Assembly (NCBI GenBank): GCA_002422025.1
Contig: DISV01000005.1
Location: forward strand, 51,617-115,616
Direction of reading: 5' to 3'
Length of the DNA: 64,000 bases
Origin: Patescibacteria group bacterium UBA6201
Lineage (GTDB): Bacteria; Patescibacteriota; Minisyncoccia; Phycocordibacterales; UBA918
Shown: positions 1 to 10,509 of the stretch, piece by piece
Layout of the letters: each line of letters opens with the position of its first letter
Numbering within the stretch: the first letter of the stretch is position 1
The notes under the pieces: model-generated
Seen by the model: the letters and a program-made list of their open reading frames with translations, nothing else
Told to the model about the DNA's origin: nothing
Databases searched by the model: none
Translations under genes and position numbers: made by a program

Positions 1-570
1 GATAAATTAATCTCACCTTAGCACCATATAAAAGCTTCATTAACATTGCTTTCCAGAACGGCGCACTCTTATTGGCTGCAATCAAAACGAGCAATTTTTT
101 TTCAGTAAAAGGAAGACTTGGAGTAGTCGTTGTTTCAAAATAAATTGGGAAATGCATTGGAATGAAGATAGTATTGTTATGAGCTCGTCTTTTCATCCCG
201 GCGAAGGCCATGGTGTAAGTAAAAGGTTGCGATAGTTGGTGGAAATTTATGTAAAAGCGCGTAGCAATCATGGGTGACTCCTGGCAAAAAAGTAAGAATG
301 GTTTGCCGCCAGCTTTAATTATTTGATTAGTACGCTCATTTGTCAGATGTGATATAAGTAGGACACACTTTTCTTTAAAAGAACTGGGGTCTTTTAAAAA
401 TACATCAGGAGTAATGCATTTAACACCATTAGCCTCGCATTGTTTTACTAGTTCATAGAGAGGCAGCAATGTATGACTAATATAATTAAGTAAATTACGA
501 TCTGAGAGTTTGCTGTCAACAACTTGATTGCCAATGTCAATGACTAAGACTTTATTTGATTTTCTTTGCA
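1..570 (-). CDS. Hypothetical protein, partial (N-terminal ~190 aa; C-terminus lies beyond window start). Possibly a sugar-modifying enzyme in the glycan locus.
   Basis: ATG at rc 568-570 (MQRKSNKVLVIDIGNQ...). The frame stays open to position 1. It lies 8 nt downstream of the GT gene stop on the same strand. It is not in the ORF track because the stop is outside the window. Confidence 0.35.
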
Positions 571-577
571 TGTTTTG

Positions 578-1867
578 TTAATGGTGCCGTCGTCTTTTTG
601 GCAAAAAGGACAGACTAATAATTATTGTATTTTTATATATTAAATATAATTTGGTCGCAAATCTCATCAAAATAGGAAAACTATATAAAAAACGATAAAG
701 TGTTTTGCGGAAAGAGAATTTATCATAAATAGACGTACTGATAACACTAAATGTGGCATTTTGATACTCAAGATATTTTTGTGAAAACAGATTTTCAAAG
801 TATTTTTTCATACTTCGAATACTAAATTCCTCAATTGCTCTTTTGTAAGATAGTGAACCAATTAAATTTCTTTTTTGATTGTTTTCAACTAGGTCGAGTA
901 AAATTTCATTATAGTCTTGTTGAGTTTTTGCAACCTCAACAGTTTTGCCGATTACATCAATGTGACCATTATTTTTTCCATAAATTGAAACTATTGGTAG
1001 CCTGTGAATCATTGCCTCTTGGACAGCTATGCCAAGAGATTCTCCGGCACCTGCACTATGGGAAAAAATGTCCAAAGTATTTAAAAATTTCGAAACTTCA
1101 AAACTATCAAAAACAACTGGCAAGAAATGCACATTAATTCCAAGCCTAGAAGCAAGGTTTTTATATTTATCTGAACCACCTAATACTAAAAAATAAATCT
1201 TTTTATCAGTTATATTTAGTATGTACTTCCATGCATTCATGGCGTGTTCTGAAAAGATGTTGTCATCGTTACGCTGATGAAAGCCAATAACGATGTGCTC
1301 GTTACTTATATTTAAAAGTTTTCTTAAATTCTCGTTAGTTTTTGGTTCCTCCAATCCGTAAAAGCAATAATCACTTTTATTGCTGTTACCTCCGTTTTTT
1401 ATATAGGTCCTTTGTACCCATGGTGAAACAGCAACAGAATATATTAAATTATTACTTACGGTATCTACTGAACCAAATACGTTCCATTCGATAAGAGGTT
1501 TATTGATATGGATAGTTGGAAACTCAGGCCGACCTGACCTAACAGAGAAAATTAAATCTGTTGGGTATTTTTCAAATATTTCAAAAAAATTCGTATTCTT
1601 CCATGCATGATAGCTCTCAGAAATATCTCTGTAACCAACATGAAATTCAACTGGCACCACACCATTTTCCTTCAGCTCTTCCAAGAAACTCAAATCTTGT
1701 GCTGGGAAAGAAGAATCAGAGTATTTATCAAGAATATGGTTACACCAAAAATACCTTACATTAAAAATATCTTTATTTAATACTTTAGACAAAACCATAG
1801 ATTGTCTGTGAGCACCTCCATATGAGAGGCCACCGTAGTTAATAAAAGAAATATTAATTTTATTCAT
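578..1867 (-). CDS. Glycosyltransferase, GT-B fold (GT1/GT4 family)
   Basis: 429 aa. The C-terminal domain has the GT4-type E-x7-E motif (GAGESLGIAVQEAMIHRLPIV). It sits inside the polysaccharide locus. Confidence 0.65.
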   Translation of the reverse strand: MNKINISFINYGGLSYGGAHRQSMVLSKVLNKDIFNVRYFWCNHILDKYSDSSFPAQDLSFLEELKENGVVPVEFHVGYRDISESYHAWKNTNFFEIFEKYPTDLIFSVRSGRPEFPTIHINKPLIEWNVFGSVDTVSNNLIYSVAVSPWVQRTYIKNGGNSNKSDYCFYGLEEPKTNENLRKLLNISNEHIVIGFHQRNDDNIFSEHAMNAWKYILNITDKKIYFLVLGGSDKYKNLASRLGINVHFLPVVFDSFEVSKFLNTLDIFSHSAGAGESLGIAVQEAMIHRLPIVSIYGKNNGHIDVIGKTVEVAKTQQDYNEILLDLVENNQKRNLIGSLSYKRAIEEFSIRSMKKYFENLFSQKYLEYQNATFSVISTSIYDKFSFRKTLYRFLYSFPILMRFATKLYLIYKNTIIISLSFLPKRRRHH

Positions 1868-1870
1868 GAT

Positions 1871-2587
1871 CTAAAGAGTGTCTGCAAAAAAACTATTGAG
1901 GCCATTAAACCCAACTTTTTTGTAATTCTTTGCCTTAAAAAATATATCGTGTTCATTACCTGCATTATCTTCTATACAAATAAGTTTTGGCCGAAAAGTA
2001 TTCCAATCATTACTTGTAAGAACTTCTTGGTCATAGCCTTCCGTATCAATTGTCATGAAGTCAATTTGTTTGACCTCAAATTTCTTTAAAACAGAAGAAA
2101 GTTTAAGTACTTCGATTTTTTTCTCTTCAATAATCTCATGTCCTTCTCGAGATAATTTTTCCGCAGTTTCTTTTGAAAAAGTTGACAGTGTATTTACTTT
2201 GCAAATATAAAAAACAATCTTACCTTCGGTGTTGCTTATGCCAATATTTAAATTAATATCTCTTAATCGACTTTTTTCTAACAAATTAAAGTTATTAATA
2301 TCTGGTTCTATATTGATACCATCCCATCCTTTTTCATAGAACCGCTTTGTATTATTGAGATAATTTGGTTGATTAGCACCGATATCGACATAAAAACCTT
2401 TTTTAGGATAATCTAAAAATCTGTCAATAAATAAATCTTCAGCATATTGGCTATATGACATTTTAGGATGATCCTTGTTCAGAAAAAACTCCTTGTATAC
2501 AAAATAACTTTTTCTTAAATAAATTTTAGTTAAAAAAAGAGTTTTTTTGATACCCCATTTTTTTACTTTTAAAAAAAAATTAATCAT
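1871..2587 (-). CDS. FkbM family methyltransferase (likely sugar O-methyltransferase)
   Basis: 238 aa. Motif FYVDIGANQPNY...KGWDGINIEP is typical of the FkbM SAM-methyltransferase domain. Confidence 0.65.
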   Translation of the reverse strand: MINFFLKVKKWGIKKTLFLTKIYLRKSYFVYKEFFLNKDHPKMSYSQYAEDLFIDRFLDYPKKGFYVDIGANQPNYLNNTKRFYEKGWDGINIEPDINNFNLLEKSRLRDINLNIGISNTEGKIVFYICKVNTLSTFSKETAEKLSREGHEIIEEKKIEVLKLSSVLKKFEVKQIDFMTIDTEGYDQEVLTSNDWNTFRPKLICIEDNAGNEHDIFFKAKNYKKVGFNGLNSFFADTL

Positions 2588-2738
2588 AAAGTATGGTTTA
2601 TGTTACCAATATATCTGCAAATACTATTAGAACACATTCAGATTTGAATTCATTAACTTGCTTCAGATAAAAGGGAGATACATATAATTTTACATTTAAC
2701 GTAAATGAGTAGGTCATCGGCCTACTCATTTGATTGAA

Positions 2739-3935
2739 TTATGTTGATGTGATGAATTCGTTAACCGTCTCTTTTACATACTCACGTTGTTCGCTGGTCA
2801 GTCCTTGGTGACAAGCGAAGACCATTCCACCACGCATAACTTGATCAGTATTTGGGTATGTAGTGGAAGCTAGGCGGTGAGGGATATTCTTGAAAGCTGG
2901 TTGCTTCAGTACATTTCCAGTGAAGATTGGGCGGGTTTGGATACCTTTATTCTCAAGGAAGGTCGCAAACTGCTTGCGATTGAAAGGTGCGTCGTCACGG
3001 ATAATAACAGGGAAGGCTAGCCAATTGGTCTCAGTGTTTTCAGTTTGTCGTGGCAGTATAAAATACTTTTCGTAGCGCTTGAAGAATTCCATAAGTTCAG
3101 CGTAATTTTCTTTTCGAGCTTTACCAAATTCTGGTAACTTCTCTAACTGAACGAGTGCAAAGGCAGCTTGAAGCTCTAATGGCAGGAAATTATAACCAAT
3201 CTCGCTGAAAATGAACTTATTATCGTATTCGATTCCGTCCAATTCTACATTAAAGCGGTTTTCAAGAAGCTCTGAGGCAGCATTTTCTCCAAATAATGAA
3301 GAACGACGTCCCCAACCGCGTAAGACCACTAAACGTTCTGCTAATGCAGCATCATGTACCATAATCATCCCGCCGCCGCCAGCACCGTTAATGATGTGTG
3401 AACCATAAAAGCTGGTGGTAGTGATGTGCGAGTAGCTACCAGTAGGTTTACCTTTATAAAGGCCACCCAAGGTGTCGCAGGAATCCTCAACTAACCATAA
3501 CTTGTGTTTATCGGCAATTTCTCTAAGAACCTCTAAGTTAGGAATGTTTCCAAGAAGAGACGGAATCATTAAAACTTTAGTCTTTGGTCCAATAGCCTTC
3601 TCGACAGCTTCAGGATTGACGATGTAAGTATCTGGGTCGATGTCGACGAAGATTGGTATTAGACCCTTCTGGATTATTGGAGCCACCACGGTACCAAAAG
3701 TCAAAAGAGGAGTAATAACCTCATCTCCTGTTTTTAAATCCATTATCTCAAAAGCCAGCAGGTTGGCAGAGGAGCCTGAATTAACCATTATGCCGTATTG
3801 CTTACCGAATAGTGCAGATACCTTTTTTTCAAAAAGGTCAGCTTTGGGTCCAAGGGCAGTATTACCTTTTAATACTTCAACCACTGCGTTTATTTCTTCT
3901 TCACCATGTACTGATTGAGCGTATGATACTTTCAT
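2739..3935 (-). CDS. ddhC: CDP-6-deoxy-D-xylo-4-hexulose 3-dehydrase (E1), DegT/DnrJ/EryC1 PLP/PMP-dependent family
   Basis: 398 aa. Shows the DegT-family fold (VNSGSSANLL, poly-Gly GAGGGGMIMV). It is divergently adjacent to rfbG and rfbF, the classical ddhABC arrangement. Confidence 0.7.
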   Translation of the reverse strand: MKVSYAQSVHGEEEINAVVEVLKGNTALGPKADLFEKKVSALFGKQYGIMVNSGSSANLLAFEIMDLKTGDEVITPLLTFGTVVAPIIQKGLIPIFVDIDPDTYIVNPEAVEKAIGPKTKVLMIPSLLGNIPNLEVLREIADKHKLWLVEDSCDTLGGLYKGKPTGSYSHITTTSFYGSHIINGAGGGGMIMVHDAALAERLVVLRGWGRRSSLFGENAASELLENRFNVELDGIEYDNKFIFSEIGYNFLPLELQAAFALVQLEKLPEFGKARKENYAELMEFFKRYEKYFILPRQTENTETNWLAFPVIIRDDAPFNRKQFATFLENKGIQTRPIFTGNVLKQPAFKNIPHRLASTTYPNTDQVMRGGMVFACHQGLTSEQREYVKETVNEFITST

Positions 3936-4081
3936 ATGCGTAATAGAGTATAGTATTTAAATCAGCCCAGCAAGCTGAGATGATGTTATAAAGGGGAAAG
4001 AACCTTCCTTCTTAAACAACATATTAATTACCAAACAACAAGATGTGATGTTCGTTGGCGCTCTGTTATCAATACTATTGA

Positions 4082-5188
4082 ATGAATAAATTTTCTATGG
4101 ATACGACTAAATTGGCAAATTTTTATCACGGTAAGACGGTGTTAATAACTGGTCATACTGGTTTTAAAGGTTCTTGGCTATCTCTTGTATTGATTGGTAT
4201 GGGCGCTAAAGTTGTAGGTATCTCTCTTCCTCCAAAGACTTCGAAAGATATCTTTGTAGTAACTGGTCTTGAGTCGCAAGTCTCACATCACGAGTTCGAT
4301 ATACGAGATTTTGAGCAATTGTCTACCTTATTCTCCGCAGAGAAGCCAGACGTCGTCTTTCATCTCGCTGCTCAACCTTTAGTTCGTCAAAGCTATCTAG
4401 AACCTTTGGAGACATTCACCACTAATGTGACCGGAACCGCGAATGTTATGGAAGCCCTTCGTCTTTCACACAGTATTGGGTCAGCTGTAATTATTACGAC
4501 TGACAAGGTCTATGAGAACCGTGAATGGATTTATGGTTATAGAGAAAATGATTCATTAGGTGGACATGATCCGTATAGTGGTAGTAAGGCAGCGGCAGAT
4601 ATTGTTGCAGATTCATATAGAAAATCTTTTTTCTCTCCTGAGAAATATAATGAAACACATAACACACTAGTGGCCACAGCGCGCGCCGGCAACGTCATTG
4701 GTGGGGGAGACTGGTCACAAAACCGCTTAGTACCAGATATTATGCGGGCAGTATTTGAGGGTGATGGAATTGTAACTCTTCGTAATCCTGAGTCTACAAG
4801 ACCTTGGGAGCACGTGCTAGAATCTGTTTCGGGTTATCTCATTTTAGGTATGCGTCTTGGTGAAGGTGATAAAGGGGTGTCTGGCAATTGGAACTTTGGT
4901 CCAAGCTCAGAAGCTTTTATATCGGTAGGAGAGGTGACTAGCAAAACGTTAAATTTTCTTGATAAAGGGACTATGAAGATAGAACGTGACGATACCAAAC
5001 ATGAAGCTAATGAATTAGTCCTTGATGTTACTAAAGCTAACCGTTTGCTCGGTTGGTATTCTAAGTGGAGTATTGATGAAACTCTATTAAAGACAGCTGA
5101 GTGGTATCGGATTACTAATGACGATCCATCATCAGCACTTGCAGTGACTAATCGTCAAATAGAAGAATATTTTTATTTCCAAAAATAA
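4082..5188 (+). CDS. rfbG: CDP-glucose 4,6-dehydratase
   Basis: 368 aa. N-terminus FYHGKTVLITGHTGFKGSWLSLVL is the signature start of RfbG/DdhB, an SDR-family enzyme. Confidence 0.85.
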   Translation: MNKFSMDTTKLANFYHGKTVLITGHTGFKGSWLSLVLIGMGAKVVGISLPPKTSKDIFVVTGLESQVSHHEFDIRDFEQLSTLFSAEKPDVVFHLAAQPLVRQSYLEPLETFTTNVTGTANVMEALRLSHSIGSAVIITTDKVYENREWIYGYRENDSLGGHDPYSGSKAAADIVADSYRKSFFSPEKYNETHNTLVATARAGNVIGGGDWSQNRLVPDIMRAVFEGDGIVTLRNPESTRPWEHVLESVSGYLILGMRLGEGDKGVSGNWNFGPSSEAFISVGEVTSKTLNFLDKGTMKIERDDTKHEANELVLDVTKANRLLGWYSKWSIDETLLKTAEWYRITNDDPSSALAVTNRQIEEYFYFQK

Positions 5189-5192
5189 ACCT

Positions 5193-5966
5193 ATGAAAAT
5201 AGTCATTTTAGCTGGAGGACTTGGTACGCGCATTATGGAGGAAACTAATGTTAGACCTAAACCAATGGTCGAAATTGGTGGAATGCCAATCCTTTGGCAC
5301 ATAATGAAAATTTATTCTCATTATGGATTTAACGACTTTGTAATCTGTCTTGGCTACAAAGGTGAATATATCAAAGAGTGGTTCTCACTCTATAACCTTC
5401 GTCAGAATGATGTAACCTTTGATTTTAGTGCTGGTAGTATGAAGATTCATGATGGTATCAAGGAACCATGGAAGGTGACTTTGGTGAATACTGGTGCCGA
5501 TACGATGACTGGGGGCAGGTTACTCCGACTTAAGGAACTAATTGGAAGTGAGAGATTCATGATGACTTATGGTGATGGGGTAGGTAATGTGGATATTCAA
5601 AAATTACTAGAGCATCATGAAAAGGGCGGAAAGTTGAGTACTGTAACAACTTTTATTCCAGGCGGACGTTTCGGTGTGGTAGAAATAGACGACAGTAATC
5701 AAGTGACGGCTTTTAGTGAAAAGACTGATAATCAAAAGAGAATCAATGCTGGTTTTTTTATTCTTGAACCTAGGGTATTTGATTATTTAAAAGATGGTGA
5801 TGCAACTATTTTTGAGCAAGAACCCCTAAAGACCTTGGCAAATGAAGGGCAGCTAATATCCTATCCACACGAGGGATTTTGGCACCCAATGGATACACTG
5901 AGCGATAAGCATAAACTTGAGGAAATGTGGAGATTAAACCAGGCACCTTGGAAGGTATGGGAATAG
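5193..5966 (+). CDS. rfbF: Glucose-1-phosphate cytidylyltransferase
   Basis: 257 aa. MKIVILAGGLGTRIMEETNVRPKPMVEIGGMPILWHIM matches RfbF/DdhA. It starts 4 nt after rfbG. Confidence 0.85.
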   Translation: MKIVILAGGLGTRIMEETNVRPKPMVEIGGMPILWHIMKIYSHYGFNDFVICLGYKGEYIKEWFSLYNLRQNDVTFDFSAGSMKIHDGIKEPWKVTLVNTGADTMTGGRLLRLKELIGSERFMMTYGDGVGNVDIQKLLEHHEKGGKLSTVTTFIPGGRFGVVEIDDSNQVTAFSEKTDNQKRINAGFFILEPRVFDYLKDGDATIFEQEPLKTLANEGQLISYPHEGFWHPMDTLSDKHKLEEMWRLNQAPWKVWE

Positions 5967-6020
5967 AAGCTTCATCTACACTTTATCTTTACTTGTTATG
6001 GTTGTATTATTTAATTTATA

Positions 6021-6782
6021 ATGGATTATAAAACGTTAGCAAAAGAAGCTCGGATTGCAGTTTTAGGCATGGTGCATAAAGCACAGCTATCGCACATAGC
6101 CTCTAATTTTAGTGTGATAGATATTGCAACGGTTCTCTATGAGAATGTAAATCTTGCAAAAGATAGGGTTGTTTGGTCTGCAGGCTGGAAAGCGGCTACT
6201 GTTTATTACTTTTTAAACAAGAAATCCATCCTATCCGATGAACAACTAGCACAGTTTCCCAACGCTCCATTTTATGGGTTAGCTGAAACGGAAGTTCCCG
6301 GCGTGGAGGTTAATGGCGGATCAATGGGTCACGGACTTTCAGTATCGGTAGGTATGGCTCTTGCTAAGAAACGTTCAAAAGAGGAGGGTATTGTCTACTG
6401 TATTCTCTCGGAAGGTGAACAGAATGAAGGGTCGGTATGGGAGGCTGTAATGATGGCGTACCACCATACTCTAGATAATCTAGTTGCAATTATTGACGTC
6501 AATAAGATTCAAGCTACTGGCTTCACAAAAGACATTCTTAATCTTGAGCCTTTGGAGGATAGGTGGCGCGGTTTTGGATGGGACGTTGTACGTATAGACG
6601 GACATTCTTATGTCGAAATTGAGTCAAGTTTGAAAAAAAGCTCGGGTAAACCGAAAGTTATAATTGCCGACACTATAAAAGGTAAAGGGGTAAGCTTTAT
6701 GGAAGGATTGCTTCTGTATCACTATAAGAGTCTCGATAATGAAACCTATAATAAGGCACTAAGTGAATTACAAAATGACTGA
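6021..6782 (+). CDS. Transketolase, N-terminal (ThDP-binding) subunit of a split transketolase
   Basis: 253 aa. ThDP-binding features (GHGLSVSVGMALAKK; HTLDNLVAIIDVNK). Its 3' end overlaps the next gene. Confidence 0.75.
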   Translation: MDYKTLAKEARIAVLGMVHKAQLSHIASNFSVIDIATVLYENVNLAKDRVVWSAGWKAATVYYFLNKKSILSDEQLAQFPNAPFYGLAETEVPGVEVNGGSMGHGLSVSVGMALAKKRSKEEGIVYCILSEGEQNEGSVWEAVMMAYHHTLDNLVAIIDVNKIQATGFTKDILNLEPLEDRWRGFGWDVVRIDGHSYVEIESSLKKSSGKPKVIIADTIKGKGVSFMEGLLLYHYKSLDNETYNKALSELQND

Positions 6783-7275
6783 AAAACAACCACCACAATT
6801 AAGAAAGGTATTTATAGACACCTTGACGGAGCTTGCTACAAAGGATCCAAAAGTAATTTTGATTATTGCAGATGTAGGATATTCGTATTTTGAATCTTTT
6901 GCTGAGAGATTTCCTAATCAATTTTTAAACGCAGGGGTAGCTGAACAAAACATGATGGGCATGGCAGCTGGTATGGCAAGAGAGGGCTGGAAACCTTATG
7001 TTTATACAATGAGTAATTTCGTCCTGCTTAGACCGTTTGAACAGGTTCGAAATGATATATGTTACGGAAAAGCAAACGTTAAGCTTGTTGCTGTGAAGGG
7101 CAGCACTTCTTATAAATTCTATGGCATGAGCCATAATTTAGTAGAGGGAGAAGAGAAAAATCTACTAAAATTCTTACCGAATTTAAATCATTTTTTCCCC
7201 TTGTCTGATGGGGAACTCAGAAAGCAAATTAATGAAGAGTATTCTCGATTTGGGCCAGCCTATTTTTCTCTGTAG
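6763..7275 (+). CDS. Transketolase, C-terminal (pyrimidine-binding) subunit, short form
   Basis: 170 aa. Pyr domain (FLNAGVAEQNMMGMAAGMAREGWKPYVYTMSNF). GTG start overlaps the upstream subunit. It lacks the usual C-terminal regulatory domain. Confidence 0.65.
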   Translation: MNYKMTEKQPPQLRKVFIDTLTELATKDPKVILIIADVGYSYFESFAERFPNQFLNAGVAEQNMMGMAAGMAREGWKPYVYTMSNFVLLRPFEQVRNDICYGKANVKLVAVKGSTSYKFYGMSHNLVEGEEKNLLKFLPNLNHFFPLSDGELRKQINEEYSRFGPAYFSL

Positions 7276-7287
7276 CCTCTAGTCTAA

Positions 7288-8223
7288 ATGAACAAGCTTA
7301 AAAAAAACAGCGTAGCTATCTTGGGGGTGACTGGATATATTGGACGCGCTCTTTTGAATGAAATCCATAATAATCCTGAATGGGAGGTTGTTGGATATTC
7401 GCGAGATGTTGATGCTGCTATAAATACTTTAGCAAGTTACAACGTGTCCCATGGTGACATCAAAAATTATGAAGAGTTACTAGATAACAAGTACGATGTG
7501 CTTGTTAACGTCACTGGAATCGGTAGCCCGAAAAAATTACATGAAGACCTCGGAGCGGTATTTGCGGTGACGGAAGAGATGGATAGGGTTGTTTTTCAAT
7601 ATTTAGATAAATATCCAGATACTAGAACTTTTAACATCTCATCAGGAGCGGTATATGGTATATCTTCTGGTGATTACGTTGGGCCGAATTCCATAGCCAC
7701 TTTCGCTGTTAATTCGCTCAATTTAAGAGACAGTTATGCTTTAGCAAAGCTTCATAGTGAAGGTAAACATCGTGCAAGAAGTCAATCTTCCATAGTAGAT
7801 TTACGTGTATTTGCTTTTGTGAGTCGATATTTAGATGCCTCTGATTTATTTTTAATTTCTGAGATTGCACATTCTTTGAAGAAGAAAACCTCACTAAAGA
7901 CAAATTCAGTCGATTTGGTGCGTGACTTCACTACGGCGGGCGATCTTGTAGCTGTATTAAAATTTCTGGTGGGCAGAGAACCTGTAAACGATGTTTTTGA
8001 TATGAGGAGTAAAGAACCTCTATCCAAGTTAGAACTTTTACACAAATTAAAAGAGGAGTTGGGATTGACTTTTGAAGTAGAGGAGATGAATGATTCTAGT
8101 CCGACGGGCGTTAAAAATGTGTATGCGCCAACAGAGAGTCGGCTGGAATCACTAGGATACTCACCTCAATACAGCTCGACTGAAAGCGTTATGTCTGAGC
8201 TCAAGGCGTTTCTGACTCTTTGA
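7288..8223 (+). CDS. NAD(P)-dependent epimerase/dehydratase-family (SDR) protein; putative CDP-4-keto-3,6-dideoxyhexose reductase (RfbS/RfbJ-like)
   Basis: 311 aa. Rossmann motif AILGVTGYIGRAL. Its position after the ddh genes suggests the terminal reductase; that specific function is an inference. Confidence 0.5.
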   Translation: MNKLKKNSVAILGVTGYIGRALLNEIHNNPEWEVVGYSRDVDAAINTLASYNVSHGDIKNYEELLDNKYDVLVNVTGIGSPKKLHEDLGAVFAVTEEMDRVVFQYLDKYPDTRTFNISSGAVYGISSGDYVGPNSIATFAVNSLNLRDSYALAKLHSEGKHRARSQSSIVDLRVFAFVSRYLDASDLFLISEIAHSLKKKTSLKTNSVDLVRDFTTAGDLVAVLKFLVGREPVNDVFDMRSKEPLSKLELLHKLKEELGLTFEVEEMNDSSPTGVKNVYAPTESRLESLGYSPQYSSTESVMSELKAFLTL

Positions 8224-9541
8224 TTTTCTTTAGACGTACAATAAGTATGAATGGCAGAGCCAATAAAGTGTAAGAAATAAATGTGGACCATGCAGCACCT
8301 ACGATTCCATATTTTGGTATTAAGTATAGGTTTAGAAGTATATTTAATACGGCGGTAAGAAACGAGGTTACAAAAATCAATACCTTTCGATTCTCCGCAA
8401 TAAGGAAGAAGCGAGTCACTATATCTAGAGAGGCCCAAATTCCTGTCCATACATATATGACGAAGACTGTAGCGCTTGCTGCAAAAGCTGGACCATAGAG
8501 TAATACCATCAATGGTCCAGCCAATAGTGAAGCTGGTAAAGCTACCAGTATTCCTGAAAGTACCATAAACCCTGATAGGATAATTAATCGTTTCTTATAC
8601 TCATGAACACCGACAGATTTTGCGTTGATTATTGCTGGAAAAAGAGACGAGGCTATTATAGCTGGAATGAAAAGCCAGACTTCTGCGATTCTTACCGCTG
8701 CGTCATATAAGCCTACTGCTGAACTGTCTACTAAAGGTTTTAACATTACTTGATCGATGCGAGCATAAATAGTGGAAAATGCGGCAATAAAAATGAAAGG
8801 CCAAGAGTCTTTAAGGAGTTGAATAGCAATAGTTTTGTTAAAACGCCAAGCAAATAGGTTTCCGTAATGTTGAGTTCGAATATGAACGAGCAAGGTAGCA
8901 TATAGTGCTGCCTCCAACAATAAGATCACTCCTATGTACACTACACCTTGACCGAAAAAGATAACTATTAACTTTAAAATGTTTAATGTCAGCGAAACTA
9001 TCAGAGTTATGATGGATGTATATTTCTGAGCCACATCAGCTTGGAATTCATAGCCAATTATGTTGAAAGCGTTAAAGATGAAAGTGCCGGCAAGTGTGAG
9101 TATGACCATACGTGACACGTCATCCTTGGATAATAAAAAAGCAAAGATTATCGTCAGGCTTGTGGCCAGTACTCCAGCAAGCAATTTAAGTACAAAAGCT
9201 GAACCCAGATATTCGTTGCGTTGTTCTGGATATTTAATTAGGTCGCGATAGAGTATGTTGTCTAATCCTAAGGAAGCTATGATAGAAAATAACCCAATAA
9301 AAGAAATAGCATAGCTTAGTTGTCCGTAGTTCTCCGGACCAAGGTAACGGACAAGATAGATGGCTACAAAGAAAGCAATAACTGTATTGATAGTACGAAC
9401 AAAAAGTGCCCACAAAGTGTTGGTTGCGTAGCGCTTAAAACCACTACTGTCCCATCGACCGATTAGTTTCATGTAGATCCAATCAGGCAGGATCTTCTTT
9501 AGTAGATTGTTTAGAAAAATAGTCACGTTATTTGAGGCCAT
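8201..9541 (-). CDS. wzx: Polysaccharide biosynthesis protein / Wzx-like O-unit flippase (MOP superfamily)
   Basis: 446 aa with about 12 predicted TM helices. N-terminal region resembles Wzx ([37 protein letters not shown]). Confidence 0.7.
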   Translation of the reverse strand: MASNNVTIFLNNLLKKILPDWIYMKLIGRWDSSGFKRYATNTLWALFVRTINTVIAFFVAIYLVRYLGPENYGQLSYAISFIGLFSIIASLGLDNILYRDLIKYPEQRNEYLGSAFVLKLLAGVLATSLTIIFAFLLSKDDVSRMVILTLAGTFIFNAFNIIGYEFQADVAQKYTSIITLIVSLTLNILKLIVIFFGQGVVYIGVILLLEAALYATLLVHIRTQHYGNLFAWRFNKTIAIQLLKDSWPFIFIAAFSTIYARIDQVMLKPLVDSSAVGLYDAAVRIAEVWLFIPAIIASSLFPAIINAKSVGVHEYKKRLIILSGFMVLSGILVALPASLLAGPLMVLLYGPAFAASATVFVIYVWTGIWASLDIVTRFFLIAENRKVLIFVTSFLTAVLNILLNLYLIPKYGIVGAAWSTFISYTLLALPFILIVRLKKIKESETP

Positions 9542-10463
9542 CTTGGGCTAGGTACCAATTGTAGGTCTCTTTAATACCTTCATGAAGGGCTATTTTGTGT
9601 TTCCAGCCAAGAGAGTGGAGTTTAGAAACATCCAAGAGTTTACGGGGGGTTCCATCCGGCTTTTCAGAGTCCCACACAAGCTCGCCTTTATAACCCACTA
9701 TGTCCCGGACAAGTTCCGCCAACTCCTTGATGGTCACATCTTCACCGGTGCCAACATTAACTATCTCTGAATCATTGTAAGTGTTCATTAAATGAACCGC
9801 TGCGTCGGCTAGGTCATCAACGTGAAGGAACTCGCGCATAGGGCTACCGGTACCCCACATAGATACGGTTGGGGAATTGGTTTCCTTCGCTTCGTGAAAT
9901 TTACGGATGAGGGCAGGGAGGACGTGTGAACTCTCTAAGTCGAAGTTATCGTTTGGACCATAGAGGTTGGTCGGCATTAGGCTAATGAAATTAGTGCCGT
10001 ACTGTTTGTTGTACGATTGGCACATCATTATTCCGGCAATCTTGGCAATGGCGTAGGCTGCGTTTGACGGCTCAAGTGGCCCTGATAGCAAATACTCTTC
10101 TTTAATCGGTTGGGGAGCAAGCTTAGGATAGATACAAGAACTACCTAAAAAACAGAGCTTAGTAACACCACTTTGGTGTGCACCATGAATGATGTTGTTC
10201 TGAATGACGAGGTTCTGGTAGATAAAGTCAGCCGGATGCTCCTTATTGGCAAGAATGCCACCTACTTTGGCGGCAGCGTCAAAAATATATTCGGGTTTTT
10301 CTGTGGCGAAGAATTCTGTAACTGCCTTCTGGTCGAGGAGATTAAGTTCGTCCCGCGTTTTCTTTATGATATTTGTGTAGCCAGCGGATTCAAGTGATCG
10401 CACGATGGCAGAGCCGACCAGTCCGCGGTGTCCGGCCACATAGATTTTCGAAGTCTTTTCCAT
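9528..10463 (-). CDS. fcl: GDP-L-fucose synthase (GDP-4-keto-6-deoxy-D-mannose 3,5-epimerase/4-reductase)
   Basis: 311 aa. [16 protein letters not shown]...[11 protein letters not shown]...YAIAKIAG match Fcl/WcaG. It lies downstream of gmd. Confidence 0.9.
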   Translation of the reverse strand: MEKTSKIYVAGHRGLVGSAIVRSLESAGYTNIIKKTRDELNLLDQKAVTEFFATEKPEYIFDAAAKVGGILANKEHPADFIYQNLVIQNNIIHGAHQSGVTKLCFLGSSCIYPKLAPQPIKEEYLLSGPLEPSNAAYAIAKIAGIMMCQSYNKQYGTNFISLMPTNLYGPNDNFDLESSHVLPALIRKFHEAKETNSPTVSMWGTGSPMREFLHVDDLADAAVHLMNTYNDSEIVNVGTGEDVTIKELAELVRDIVGYKGELVWDSEKPDGTPRKLLDVSKLHSLGWKHKIALHEGIKETYNWYLAQDGLK

Positions 10464-10509
10464 AGTTGTTTAGTAAAAGAGAGTGAGTAAAAAAGTTATT
10501 GTCCTTTCT

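Noticed and set aside
6925-7134. Various small antisense ORFs (e.g. 6925-7134, 7718-8045, 12576-13960, 16172-16414, 17058-17291, 47858-48182, 48559-49500, 49502-50115, 50207-50656).
   Set aside because: Each is fully contained within a longer ORF that has clear homology on the opposite strand or in another frame.
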